Of a stretch of DNA of 43,200 nt, positions 1 to 9,885 are shown in pieces. The stretch spans positions 1 through 43,200 of the forward strand of contig DAOURL010000002.1 in NCBI GenBank assembly GCA_030625165.1, read 5' to 3'. How positions within the stretch are numbered: position 1 is the stretch's first letter; every line of letters starts with the position of its first letter. The notes beneath the pieces were generated by a model that had not been told where the DNA came from, did not search any database, and saw only the letters and a program-made list of their open reading frames with translations. Both the position numbers and the translations under genes were made by a program. This DNA is from Methanosarcinales archaeon. GTDB taxonomy: Archaea; Halobacteriota; Methanosarcinia; Methanosarcinales; Methanogasteraceae.

Positions 1-453
1 CCCGATCCGTCCCACGCTGGCTTTGTCTTTCGGACCCGGCTTGATCCGGCAGTCGTAGACCGATAATTCCTCAAAATCCGTCACGATGGACAATGGCAGT
101 TTTGCGCTCCATGCGTACCGCCTCAGTTGGTATGCAGGGCTAATGTCCTGTTTTATGTTTACAGATGGTTTCTTCGCTTCGACAAAGAACTTCCTCTGAC
201 CTCCGATTCTGAAACTGTAATCCGGCGCTCTGGTCGAACGCCCCACCTTTATCGCATCCTCGTGAACAACGTCCTTATACTGTTCTGCGTGACCTTGCTT
301 ATTGCTCACATCCCAGCCCAGAGCTTCAAAGAACGGGTTAATAAATTCCTGCCTTACCTGCGTTTCGTTATATGTTGGCTTTTTGTAGACGTCAAGATTA
401 TACCTGAACCGCTCAACAAGTTTCTTGACCTTCTCTTTTGCTTGATCTTTCAT
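1..453 (-). CDS. Type IIG-like restriction-modification enzyme, N-terminal HsdR_N/PD-(D/E)XK nuclease part (runs off the window)
   Basis: Not in the ORF track; translated manually from ATG at 453 (GGAGGG upstream): MKDQAKEKVKKLVERFRYNLDVYKKPTYNETQVRQEFINPFFEALGWDV...RAPDYSFRIGGQRKFFVEAKKP...AYQLRRYAWSAKLPLSIVTDFEEL, open to position 1. PD...EAK motif and QxRRY/W pattern typical of fused R-M enzymes. Confidence 0.85.
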   Translation of the reverse strand, partial: MKDQAKEKVKKLVERFRYNLDVYKKPTYNETQVRQEFINPFFEALGWDVSNKQGHAEQYKDVVHEDAIKVGRSTRAPDYSFRIGGQRKFFVEAKKPSVNIKQDISPAYQLRRYAWSAKLPLSIVTDFEELSVYDCRIKPGPKDKASVGRIG

Positions 454-636
454 TCCACCCTCCAGCATCATATTGGAAATGGTAAGCCATGAGTCATTAT
501 AGTTACTGTAGAATCGTACGGATTTTTTCCCGAAACCATCCGGCAAGAAAAGAAGAATATGACGCCACCTCCACAGTAACATCTCAGGTCATCGCAGAAA
601 AAGGGTTGTTTGATGAAAATTGATCATGCCAGTGGG

Positions 637-724
637 TGCAGATGCGATCGCTCGCTTGCCGTAGACTACCGCGTGAACGCCCGAAGAGATATATTTTTCC
701 GGGTGCAGAGCAGGTTGTGGTCAT
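637..724 (-). pseudogene. mvk: 5' fragment of mevalonate kinase with a +1 frameshift
   Basis: Minus strand from ATG at 724: MTTTCSAPGKIYLFG, then one extra base near 676, then HAVVYGKRAIASA. Matches the GHMP motif-1 signature SAPGKxxLFGEHAVVYGxxAIA; similarity stops after about 29 codons. Confidence 0.8.
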
Positions 725-804
725 GTTATCTCCATTCTCGCATCATGGTATTTCTTCTGCCGTTCGAGCATCGTTTGCTTTTTGTATCGGGGATCAGGAA
801 TTAC

Positions 805-1608
805 CTATTTTTTTTCAGATATTCTTTCATTCAGATATTCTTTTAAATGGTTTTGAATTTTCCGTATATCTTCAGTATCAGGCAGGTCAGCAATGATCTT
901 CTCAATAATCCGCCTTTGTTGAATCTGAAGGAATGCCTGGGTAAAATTGATGTCAAATATCCAACCCAGTTGCAGGAGTTTCATATCATTAAATGTTTTC
1001 AACTCATGGGAATTTGAAACCCGGTTGTTAAGGATATCTTCAACAAAGCAAAGTGAATATTCCGGCGTATCAGGAAGTTCAAGCTCCAATGCAGGGTTGC
1101 GATGCTCATGACGTTTTCCATAATAGTTCGTCACAACCCGCCATATATCCAATTTGTCCGCATCCCGTACTAATTTTGAATACAGTAAACAATCGGGGGT
1201 TTCGCAAGCGGTATCGGGAAGTTTACGCACATTGTGGTAGCCTATAGCTTTGTAAGCGATGGAACGTTGTGTTTCTGTGAGCCGGCTTAATACGCCTGTT
1301 TCTTCTAAAACCTTCAGCCCAAGAGTTGCGTGGTTCTCCGATACTTTGTCATTAAAAGTGCCATAAGTCCTGAATTGTTCAAAGCGACCTATGTCGTGAA
1401 ATAATGCGATGGTATCAGCCAGACAAAGTGCATTTTTATTGAGATCCAGGGCTTTGCATAGCTGAAGGATCTCCTTACAAACACGTAGCGAGTGTTCTTC
1501 TTTAAGTCTGATATTCTTCTGGATTCTTGGATCTTCCGAGTAAAAACCTTTTACGTAATTTCGAAACCATGAATGGAAAAAGGCAGTGTCCACATTATTC
1601 TCTATCAT
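805..1608 (-). CDS. HD-domain metal-dependent phosphohydrolase
   Basis: HSLRV, LFHDIGR and DADKLD motifs; AT-rich relative to the backbone. Confidence 0.85.
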   Translation of the reverse strand: MIENNVDTAFFHSWFRNYVKGFYSEDPRIQKNIRLKEEHSLRVCKEILQLCKALDLNKNALCLADTIALFHDIGRFEQFRTYGTFNDKVSENHATLGLKVLEETGVLSRLTETQRSIAYKAIGYHNVRKLPDTACETPDCLLYSKLVRDADKLDIWRVVTNYYGKRHEHRNPALELELPDTPEYSLCFVEDILNNRVSNSHELKTFNDMKLLQLGWIFDINFTQAFLQIQQRRIIEKIIADLPDTEDIRKIQNHLKEYLNERISEKK

Positions 1609-1648
1609 GTCTATCCTTCTTGTTGTTCAGCTCTTTTCATCTACACTT

Positions 1649-1915
1649 CTATCTCGCCTTACGATTCGCTGAGCCATTTGACTGCCTCACCATCCTCACG
1701 GAATAAACATCCTCGCAACTAACATCCAACCAGTCGAAACTCCCGGATTCCATGACAAGCTGCATAAGTTCTTGAGTGGAGATCTCGTCAGTCAGAACCG
1801 AGATAGTCTTTAACTCCCGCCGCGCTATCACGAAAGCCGCGAAGATCTCGACTTCTGCACGTTCCTGAGGTGCCATATTATCAAGTAATTGTGAGAGCTT
1901 TTTTGATACAGGCAT
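1649..1915 (-). CDS. Small putative antitoxin-like protein, possibly frameshifted near its C-terminus
   Basis: 88 aa, GAGAGGTGA Shine-Dalgarno upstream; acidic SFDWL..EDVYS segment. Restoring one base near 1698 gives the ending EDGEAVKWLSES*. Confidence 0.45.
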   Translation of the reverse strand: MPVSKKLSQLLDNMAPQERAEVEIFAAFVIARRELKTISVLTDEISTQELMQLVMESGSFDWLDVSCEDVYSVRMVRQSNGSANRKAR

Positions 1916-2011
1916 AATTCACCTCTCTATCATTATTTCCTAAATAATTTACCTTTACGCCACAATGGTTTAAATGATGCATTTGCCTGCCCGACTATAC
2001 CACCCACAAAA

Positions 2012-3775
2012 TCAACCACCGCCTTTCGCGACCCCGATCAGCTGTTTCGTGTACGGGTGCTCAGGACTTGCGATGACACGGTGCGCTGGCGCGTTTTCCA
2101 CGATCTTGCCACCATGCAACACCGCGATCCGGTCGCTCACCTTGCGTGCAACCCCGATGTCGTGGGTCACAAAGAGCATGGAGATGCCACGCTCGTTCTG
2201 CAGGTCGAGGAGGAGTCGCAGAACCTTTGCCTGGACGCTCGGGTCGAGGAAAGACGTCGATTCATCCGCGATGAGCAGGTCCGGCGCAAGTATCAGCGCA
2301 CGTGCTATAGCCACCCGCTGCAACTCACCTCCGCTTAATTCATGCGGATATTTCTGCAGAAAATACTCATCATCCGGCAGCTGCACCTCTCGAAGCGCGC
2401 TTTCGATCCTACCCCCGGATTCGTCATCAAATTCGTCGTGTATGTGTAGAGGCTCCGCAATCGCCTCAAACACCGTGAACCTGTGACTGATCGAGTCTCT
2501 TGGTGACTGGTAGACGATCCCAACCGTTTTTGCAAGCTCTTTCCGGTCGATATCCGAAACCCTCCTTCCCCGAAAGAGAATCTCCCCGCCATCCGGCTTG
2601 ATCGTGCCTGCGATCGTATATGCAAGCGTGGTCTTCCCGGATCCGGTCTCGCCCACGAGTGCGAGGATTTCCCCCTCGTCGAGAGTGAGAGAGACATCAC
2701 TCAGGACCCGGAGGTCATTATACGACTTCGAGATGTCTTTCACAGATATCATGGTCGCTATGCCGCCGCGGTGGCAGACGACATAACCATCCCGGTCGGT
2801 GCCATCCATACCACCTGCAGCATCCCTACCGCCCACACCACCCGTACCATCCCTGCCCCTCGGCGTTGCGCATGGTTGCTTCTGCGAGCAGACACCGATC
2901 GATTGCGTGCATCTCGGCTGGAAGATGCAGCTGCAACGCCCGCTTGACCGGGAAAACATGGATGGCGGAACACCTCTCACGCCTGCAAGGTCCTTAGCAC
3001 GCTCCATCATCGGAAACGACCGGACGAGCGCACGGGTGTACGGATGGCGTGGCGCATCCAGGAGTTCATGGGATGGCAGGGATTCGAGAATGCTACCGAA
3101 ATAGAGCACTTCGCAGCGACAAGAGCATAATGGAACAAAGGAGAGATCATGGGTTATCAGAAGCACTGCCTTACCTGCATCCACCTGTTCGTTTATCACC
3201 TTTGCAAGGTATGATTTCGTGATCGCATCGACAGACGCAACAGGTTCGTCGAGCACGAGGATTCCCGGGTCTGTGATCAGCGCCATCGCCATCAGGACCC
3301 GTTGCCGCTCCCCGGCACTGATCTGATGCGGGTACAGGACATCGCGCCCCTCTTTTATCTTTAGGTAATCGAGCATACTTCTGGATCTGTCCAGTGCGGA
3401 ACTCCTGGATTCTCCGTTCTTGATCAGCGGTTCGGCGATCTGATCGATGATCCGGTGAACCGGGTTTAGCACGTCCCCATAATTCTGAAACACGATGGCG
3501 ATCTCGTTCCACCGGATCGTTTCCATCTCCGAATCGGAAAGACCGGATATATCGGTGCCGCCCACGAGGACCTGCCCGGTCATCACAGCGCTTGGTGCCA
3601 GGAGTTTCATGGATGCGAGTGCGAGCGTCGATTTTCCGGAACCTGACTCCCCGACCACAGAAACGCACTCGCCCTCATTTATTTTAATAGATATGTTGTC
3701 CAGAGCAGTTGCACAGTCATCAGGCGAACCTGATACCCTGTACTGCACATTAAGATTCTTAAATTGGAGTGGCAT
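2012..3775 (-). CDS. Dipeptide/oligopeptide/nickel ABC transporter ATP-binding protein with two fused ATPase domains
   Basis: Two Walker A motifs (GESGSGKST, GETGSGKTT), signatures ISAGERQR and LSGGELQR, HPYT motifs. Confidence 0.93.
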   Translation of the reverse strand: MPLQFKNLNVQYRVSGSPDDCATALDNISIKINEGECVSVVGESGSGKSTLALASMKLLAPSAVMTGQVLVGGTDISGLSDSEMETIRWNEIAIVFQNYGDVLNPVHRIIDQIAEPLIKNGESRSSALDRSRSMLDYLKIKEGRDVLYPHQISAGERQRVLMAMALITDPGILVLDEPVASVDAITKSYLAKVINEQVDAGKAVLLITHDLSFVPLCSCRCEVLYFGSILESLPSHELLDAPRHPYTRALVRSFPMMERAKDLAGVRGVPPSMFSRSSGRCSCIFQPRCTQSIGVCSQKQPCATPRGRDGTGGVGGRDAAGGMDGTDRDGYVVCHRGGIATMISVKDISKSYNDLRVLSDVSLTLDEGEILALVGETGSGKTTLAYTIAGTIKPDGGEILFRGRRVSDIDRKELAKTVGIVYQSPRDSISHRFTVFEAIAEPLHIHDEFDDESGGRIESALREVQLPDDEYFLQKYPHELSGGELQRVAIARALILAPDLLIADESTSFLDPSVQAKVLRLLLDLQNERGISMLFVTHDIGVARKVSDRIAVLHGGKIVENAPAHRVIASPEHPYTKQLIGVAKGGG

Positions 3776-4616
3776 TGTTCCTCCTCAGTCTCGGATCGAA
3801 TATCTCTTCTATAGCGTAAGATATGAATCCAAGCGAGATGATAAGCAGTGAAAGTGCGATAACTGGTGGAAGCAGCCAGTTGAACCAGACATCGAGATAC
3901 AGGTAGCGCATCGCATAACTCATCATGATCCCGAGACTTTTTGTGGTTGGATCGAATATTCCGAGGAACGATAAACCGGCTTCCATGAAGACCGCGATCC
4001 GGGCTTTTGTGACAAACCCCATCGCATACAGCGGAAAGAGTTCTGGCATGACATGCCTGTACATGATATAACTCGTCGGTGCGCCCGCGTTCTTTGCAGC
4101 TTTTACATACAGTTTCGTCTTAAGTGAGAGCGTTTGTGCCCGCACCCCTCTTGCTGTGGTCTGCCATAGCACAAGCGAGAGCGCAATTATCAGAACGGTG
4201 GTGGACGGCTTGAAGTACGCTGCAATCAGTATCAGTATCATGATCGTTGGTATCGCAAGCAGGGCATCAGCGATTCTCATGACGACCATGTCATACATCC
4301 CGCCGATCAACGCGGCAGAGACGCCGAGTACGAGCCCGATCGTGCAGGCGATGGCTGCAACCGCTATTCCGAAGAGAATCGAGGTTCGAAGTGACCATAC
4401 GAGTTCGCTATATATGTCATAACCGATATCATTGGTTCCGAGTGGATGTTCCCAAGATGGTGGCTGGAACGCCGGGGCTGAGTAATCCCATGGATCGTGT
4501 GGTGCGATTACCGGGGCAAGGATCGCTGTTGTGATCAGTAACAAGATGAGCATGAGTCCGGCAACACCAATTTTATCCTTTTTAAACTCTTTAAATGGTT
4601 TAATATGCATTTTCAA
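3759..4616 (-). CDS. Peptide/nickel ABC transporter permease (DppC/NikC type)
   Basis: HPLGTNDIGYD motif, EAA-like loop, multiple transmembrane helices, DPRLR C-terminus. Confidence 0.92.
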   Translation of the reverse strand: MKMHIKPFKEFKKDKIGVAGLMLILLLITTAILAPVIAPHDPWDYSAPAFQPPSWEHPLGTNDIGYDIYSELVWSLRTSILFGIAVAAIACTIGLVLGVSAALIGGMYDMVVMRIADALLAIPTIMILILIAAYFKPSTTVLIIALSLVLWQTTARGVRAQTLSLKTKLYVKAAKNAGAPTSYIMYRHVMPELFPLYAMGFVTKARIAVFMEAGLSFLGIFDPTTKSLGIMMSYAMRYLYLDVWFNWLLPPVIALSLLIISLGFISYAIEEIFDPRLRRNNATPI

Positions 4617-5574
4617 CCCTCGGATCGATCTTTTTATACATCAGGTCCACAACAATGTTTATCAGGAGTACCATAAGTACTGATACCGTGAGAATCCCTT
4701 GCATCAGCGGAAGATCACGGTTTGATATCGCACTGTACGTCAGAAGCCCGAGCCCCGGGTACGCAAAGATAGTTTCGATGAAAAGCGCGCCCGTTATGAG
4801 GTATGCTAGCCTGATACCGATCCTTGTTGCGAACGGGAGTATCGCATTCCTTGCAGCGTGAAGATACTTTATCCTGCGCTTTTTGATGCCCTTTGCACGG
4901 GCTGTGAGCACGTAGGGCTCGCGAATCGTGAGCATCATGCTGTTTCTGATCAGGAGATAGTCGCCAGGAATCATAGAGAGCGTGAGCGTTGCAAGCGGCA
5001 GCACAAGGTGCCATAAGACGTCCTTGATATGCCCGATGCCCTCTACACTCGAGTACGGCGTCATTGCGCCTGCACTCGGAAACCATCCGAAGTACAGACA
5101 GAATACCGTGAGCGCTATGATGCCGAGTGCAATAGACGGGATGCCGTCGAGTAGCAGCATGAATGTGAGGAGCGCTTCGTCGAACCGTCCGCCGCGCCGC
5201 CACGAACTCTCAACGCCGAGCACGATTCCCGCGACGGCTGACAGAATAAACGAGGTACCCACAAGAAGCAGCGTCCACGGCAGAGCACCCATTATGAGAT
5301 CCGCGGTGGATGCGTGGCAGATGTATGAATATCCGAGATCTCCGTGTGCGAGCTGTGTGATGTATGCCAGAAACTGCTCATGAAGCGGCAGGTCGAGCCC
5401 ATGCATCCGGACGAGTTCCGCATACATCTCTTCAGTCATCGCTATCTCGTGACCGCTGTACATCGCAATTATCGCGTCGCCGGGCAGAAGCCGCGGTAAC
5501 AGGAAATTGAGGAAGAGGAGGAAAAGTATGGTCAGCAGATATGCTGCGACCATCTTCACCGCTCTTTTTCGCAT
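4600..5574 (-). CDS. Peptide/nickel ABC transporter permease (DppB/NikB type)
   Basis: PGD, GDLGYS, YVLTARAKG, ETIFAYPGLG and DPRV motifs. Confidence 0.92.
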   Translation of the reverse strand: MRKRAVKMVAAYLLTILFLLFLNFLLPRLLPGDAIIAMYSGHEIAMTEEMYAELVRMHGLDLPLHEQFLAYITQLAHGDLGYSYICHASTADLIMGALPWTLLLVGTSFILSAVAGIVLGVESSWRRGGRFDEALLTFMLLLDGIPSIALGIIALTVFCLYFGWFPSAGAMTPYSSVEGIGHIKDVLWHLVLPLATLTLSMIPGDYLLIRNSMMLTIREPYVLTARAKGIKKRRIKYLHAARNAILPFATRIGIRLAYLITGALFIETIFAYPGLGLLTYSAISNRDLPLMQGILTVSVLMVLLINIVVDLMYKKIDPRVENAY

Positions 5575-5575
5575 T

Positions 5576-7324
5576 TTAGGGCTTCCTTTTGGAGAGTTTT
5601 ATCTGCAAGGTCACGAATGCCATTAGAATTGCTATCATTGCCAAACCCGGCGCGATCGGGGTCGACTGTGCAGCAGTTCCCGTTTCTATGGCTGTTGTTT
5701 CTGCGGTTTCCACGCCCGTGCTGGCGCCATCCCCGATCAGAGCGAACTTGTTCTGCGGGATCGGGATTCCTTTGGCGATTCCTCCGATCGTGTAGAACCA
5801 CTCGACTCCGGCATCAGGATCGTACGCGTAGTAGCTTGTCGGGTAATAGAGTGAGATTGCGGGAAGCTCCCTTGCGTAGACGTTCTGCGCCTCATAGACC
5901 GCCGCACGCCTCTTTGCAGGATCCATCTCATGCATCAGATCATCAAAGAGGTTGTTTAACTCCTCGCTCTCGTTGTATCGTGCTGTATTCGGACTCGGCT
6001 TGGACCCTGGAACCTGTATAGTCATTTCATAGAGGATCTTCGGATCGCCGCCGATGGCGCCATGTCCTGAGATTGCGAGATCAAAGTCCTGGTTGACCAC
6101 CTTTGTGTCGACCACCTTTGTGTCAAGGGAGGTCAGATCGATCCGTATCCCAACTTTTTCGAGCTGGTTTTTGAGGATCTCCCCGTCCCTGTCAGGTGTG
6201 GGCTGTCCACCGACACCGATCATCGAGATGAGCACCTGAAGTTCCAGCGGCTTGCCGTCCTTTGTGAAGACACCATCCTCCATGACATAGCCTAGCGTTG
6301 AGATCATTTCCTTCGCCTTATCAGGGTTGTACGGGTAGTTGGGAACATTCGGGCTTGCCCACACGCTCTCGCTTGAGATCAGTCCGTAACTTGCAGGCTT
6401 TCCGTGCCCTCTTAAGGATTTATCCACAAACTCATCCTGGTTGATCGCATAGCAAAGAGCCTGCCTGAATACGATATTATCAAGCGGCTCTCTGTTGTGG
6501 TTGATCATCAGTTTCTTGTTCCAGTAATGCGGACCCTCTATCACGACGAACCCGCGCGCTCTCATGGTATCCACCATATCGGGTTTCACATCAGCAAAAT
6601 CGACCTCGCCGTTCTGAAGAGCCATCTGCGGGTCGCCGGTCTTCACATAGATCAGCCGGTCAATGATCGGTCTTCCGAGATGATACTCGTCGAATGCCTC
6701 GTACCGGTAGGTTCCGTGCTCCTTATTGAAATCGGCGTACTTGAAAGGACCGCACCCCATGAATGCACCATCCCCCACAAAGTCCATCGGGTTTGCGACG
6801 TTTTTCCAGATGTGTTCTGGCAGAATCGGCATCGTGCCGCCGATATCCTCCATAAACGGCGCGTACGGGCTGCTCATGTATATCTTAACCGTGTGCGGAT
6901 CTATTACTTCTGCCCGGTCCACACTATCGAGAACAACCCACCCATAAGGATGCTCCTTCATGTACGCTATGGTGAAGGCGACATCATCGGCAGTCACTGG
7001 CTCACCGTCGTGCCACTTTGCATTCTCTGCCAGATTAAAGACGTAAACGTCTTCTTCGGGTGAGTATTCCCAGTCTTCTGCCAGCAAGGGAATCGGACCT
7101 GCGGTCTCGTTCTTCCATACAAGCGTATCAAAGATGAAATGCATCCTCACGTATCCGGGTCCCCGTGCATAAGAAAGATACGGGGACGGATTTCCCCAAT
7201 CGCCTGTTTTATCTGCGATCCTGACCTCTCGCTCCGCAGCAGCACTGATTGCGGGCGTGAGCAGACAGAGGCACATTATTACAGATGCAATCAGTATCAC
7301 TGATGCGATCAGTATCCGTTTCAT
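5576..7324 (-). CDS. Family 5 ABC transporter substrate-binding protein with C-terminal membrane anchor
   Basis: Signal peptide MKRILIASVIL (ATG at 7324 overlaps the upstream TGA), WHDGEPVTADDVAFT, GCGPFK; Thr-rich linker and hydrophobic/basic tail (APGL...KRKP). Confidence 0.9.
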   Translation of the reverse strand: MKRILIASVILIASVIMCLCLLTPAISAAAEREVRIADKTGDWGNPSPYLSYARGPGYVRMHFIFDTLVWKNETAGPIPLLAEDWEYSPEEDVYVFNLAENAKWHDGEPVTADDVAFTIAYMKEHPYGWVVLDSVDRAEVIDPHTVKIYMSSPYAPFMEDIGGTMPILPEHIWKNVANPMDFVGDGAFMGCGPFKYADFNKEHGTYRYEAFDEYHLGRPIIDRLIYVKTGDPQMALQNGEVDFADVKPDMVDTMRARGFVVIEGPHYWNKKLMINHNREPLDNIVFRQALCYAINQDEFVDKSLRGHGKPASYGLISSESVWASPNVPNYPYNPDKAKEMISTLGYVMEDGVFTKDGKPLELQVLISMIGVGGQPTPDRDGEILKNQLEKVGIRIDLTSLDTKVVDTKVVNQDFDLAISGHGAIGGDPKILYEMTIQVPGSKPSPNTARYNESEELNNLFDDLMHEMDPAKRRAAVYEAQNVYARELPAISLYYPTSYYAYDPDAGVEWFYTIGGIAKGIPIPQNKFALIGDGASTGVETAETTAIETGTAAQSTPIAPGLAMIAILMAFVTLQIKLSKRKP

Positions 7325-7926
7325 CCCATCAACTCCTCGAAACACGGGATGCAGTGTGGTGCACCGTCCAGAAGCCGGATCCGCGTCTCCATCACAGGTT
7401 CGCCGCAGCTATCGCAGCATACCGATTCGTGGATATGCGCCATCGGTAGCGGTTCTGGAGTGATCACCTCTATGCTCAGAAGATCCGCTTCCGGGAGATC
7501 CAATAGCGCATTGCTTTTTTCGATGTGCAACCGCTTGAACTCCTCCATTTCAGCAGGAGTTGCTGTTTTCTCTTTGACTTTGGCGAAGAGGTCCAGATGA
7601 TGTTTGTCCGTTATGACTGCCTCTTCCTTGACGGAAATCCTAATTGCCTTCTGGTTTTCACGGTTCATGAATGTATAGACGTATTTGCCAAAATCCTTGA
7701 AGATCAGGTTCCCTTTACCAAACGTACATCCGGTCAGCACCTGGATGGCATCCACGCCGCAGGAGCTGTTCTCGACGATTGCAACCAATTCCTCATCCTT
7801 AGCAGGCTTCCCCAGTTCTCTCAACGCAACCAGAGAGACCCGCAGTCCCATCGCAAGTCCGGGACACTGGTGTCCGTGAAACCGGATAGCAGTCTCGAGT
7901 AGGGATTTAGTATCAGTAGAGTCCAT
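7321..7926 (-). CDS. FmdE/FwdE family protein with C-terminal zinc finger
   Basis: FHGHQCPGLAMG, CGVDAIQVLTGCTFGKGNL, C-terminal CDSCGE...CIPC. Confidence 0.9.
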   Translation of the reverse strand: MDSTDTKSLLETAIRFHGHQCPGLAMGLRVSLVALRELGKPAKDEELVAIVENSSCGVDAIQVLTGCTFGKGNLIFKDFGKYVYTFMNRENQKAIRISVKEEAVITDKHHLDLFAKVKEKTATPAEMEEFKRLHIEKSNALLDLPEADLLSIEVITPEPLPMAHIHESVCCDSCGEPVMETRIRLLDGAPHCIPCFEELMG

Positions 7927-8078
7927 ATCCTACGCTACTTATTGATACTACTAAAAGTTTTTGTTGAGTGATTTAACAGGAGTCTGAGAAAGTTTTATAT
8001 AGCATGAAATTATTGTGCTTTGGAAGTAGCAGTAATAACTACTATAGATGTAGTAAAAGCGTATGAGGTATAAATAAA

Positions 8079-9272
8079 ATGGACAGAAATAACACTTTAA
8101 AATCGATAACTATCGGCATAGTGCTGGTGCTATCGATCGTAGCGCTATGTGCCGGCACCGTATCTGCAAAGCCAATAGAGATACGGGCCCTGCCGGGATC
8201 GATCACGACCGGTTCTGATATGTATCTCGATGGGTTCAATTTCTCGGCGTTACAGTATTCTATTAAGAAGAACACCACTGTAGAATTCCTCAATCTCCAC
8301 TTCGCCAGTAACGGGACGATCAAAGAAGACGGTGCGGTTTACACGACAAGTACGTGCAAGGGTTCTATGCGGTTTATCTGGTTCATGGGCTGCGAATACC
8401 GCTCGCTCGATCCGGATAAGGCGAATCTCTTGAGTAAGATACTGATCTGTTTCGATAAATATGATGCGCCAGCAGAGGGTAATACAAAGAAGACTCTGGC
8501 AACCGGCGAGAGATGGGAACTTAAGGAAGGGTACAGTCTTGTGGCATCGCAGGTTGACCTCATAGGCAATAAAGTATACCTAAATATTTATAAAAATGGT
8601 GAAGCTGTGTACGATGAGGTTCTCCAACCAGGGGACTATTTCGTGTACAACGAGACCATCGACGATGTGGAGGACATTACCCTCTTCACGTGCCACGTTG
8701 ATTCGGCGTTCCGCGGAACCGATTCCAATGTCGTGATACTGAGTGTGGTGAGGCAGTACTCGGATAATCCAAAGAAGATTGAGATCGGCGATGAGTACGG
8801 GGACTTTGAGGTGAAAGAGATCACAGATAAGAAGATCACACTCAAGAACGCCAACACGATATCCTTTTCGCTCTTTGAACGAGAGGAACTGCTTGGCGAT
8901 TGGATAAAGTTTAGGGTTTCTGAGAATGGGTGGTGGGGCTATGCATATACCGAGATCGCGCTTGCAGCTCCGGAAGTCAGGGAATCCACCGGAAACCCCG
9001 GGTTGCCACCAGTCGAGACTGCGGTAACAAACAGCACTCCAACCACCGCGCCAACCAGTGTGGCAGATACCAGTGTGGCAGATGCCAGTGGCGACACTGA
9101 CGCTTCCGAAGACGCGCCCGCCCTGCCTCCGGAGGATGCCAGCGCCACGGAAAACAACCCTGCACAGGAGACTGGAACTGATGCCGCGCATACGGAATCT
9201 GTTCCGGGTTTCGGGGTTCTGTCTGCTATCGCTGGACTTTTTGCGGTCGCATATATTAGACGGCTGAAGTGA
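8079..9272 (+). CDS. S-layer-domain protein (Methanosarcinales type) with PGF-CTERM sorting signal
   Basis: Signal peptide; W-E-L-x-E-G-Y-S-L and VDSAFRGT segments like S-layer duplication domains; Thr/Asp-rich linker with TSVAD repeat; VPGF + transmembrane helix + RRLK. Confidence 0.85.
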   Translation: MDRNNTLKSITIGIVLVLSIVALCAGTVSAKPIEIRALPGSITTGSDMYLDGFNFSALQYSIKKNTTVEFLNLHFASNGTIKEDGAVYTTSTCKGSMRFIWFMGCEYRSLDPDKANLLSKILICFDKYDAPAEGNTKKTLATGERWELKEGYSLVASQVDLIGNKVYLNIYKNGEAVYDEVLQPGDYFVYNETIDDVEDITLFTCHVDSAFRGTDSNVVILSVVRQYSDNPKKIEIGDEYGDFEVKEITDKKITLKNANTISFSLFEREELLGDWIKFRVSENGWWGYAYTEIALAAPEVRESTGNPGLPPVETAVTNSTPTTAPTSVADTSVADASGDTDASEDAPALPPEDASATENNPAQETGTDAAHTESVPGFGVLSAIAGLFAVAYIRRLK

Positions 9273-9298
9273 AAGGGGCGGATACCGGAGACTCTTGC

Positions 9299-9331
9299 AA
9301 GACCTGTGACAGATGTTCACAGGTCTTTTTT
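9299..9331 (+). terminator. Hairpin plus T-tract after the S-layer gene
   Basis: AAGACCTGTGA-cagatgt-TCACAGGTCTT, 11-bp stem running into a T run. Confidence 0.7.
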
Positions 9332-9488
9332 ACCTTTATATAGGGCAGATGTGCCAGATGCATCCCGAGCAGAAGCAGCCGGCTGGGTGGGAACTGTGAT
9401 CGGTTATGGGCGGCGGCATCAGCCCTGTAAACCAAATAGGTTAATATAGAAGGATGTTATAGATTAACATAATTACACAGGTGATTTC

Positions 9489-9884
9489 ATGGCAAATAGG
9501 AATATTATAGAAAAGATACTTGGTCCGCCGATGCCGAAAAAATCTGTAGACCCTGATAAGTATCACAATATCAGTCTCGATGACTACGATGAGGTCATAG
9601 AAGATGCGCCGGCAGAGACGTATATACGCGTTGCGGAACTGAGCAATCTTGATGGAATTCCCGATCTAAGAAAGGAGATATACGACGGAAATATCGTGAT
9701 TGTTGATATCTCGCTGATAAAGCGGGACAAGATGATACTCGAACGCGCGCTTCGTGACCTGCGGGATGTGGTAAGTGATGTGCACGGAGATATCGCAGGA
9801 CTCGGCGAGGATATGGTGATCACGACTCCGACAGGCATCAGGATCGATCGTACACGGCTTGGTGGGCAGACGACGGCATATTGA
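9489..9884 (+). CDS. sepF: Cell division protein SepF
   Basis: IYDGNIVIVDIS...GDIAGLGEDMVITTPTGIRIDR, archaeal SepF pattern; CAGGTGA Shine-Dalgarno and GTTAATA TATA-like box upstream. Confidence 0.88.
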   Translation: MANRNIIEKILGPPMPKKSVDPDKYHNISLDDYDEVIEDAPAETYIRVAELSNLDGIPDLRKEIYDGNIVIVDISLIKRDKMILERALRDLRDVVSDVHGDIAGLGEDMVITTPTGIRIDRTRLGGQTTAY

Positions 9885-9885
9885 T

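Noticed and set aside
127..492. Plus-strand 121-aa ORF
   Set aside because: Antisense shadow of the R-M gene on the minus strand.
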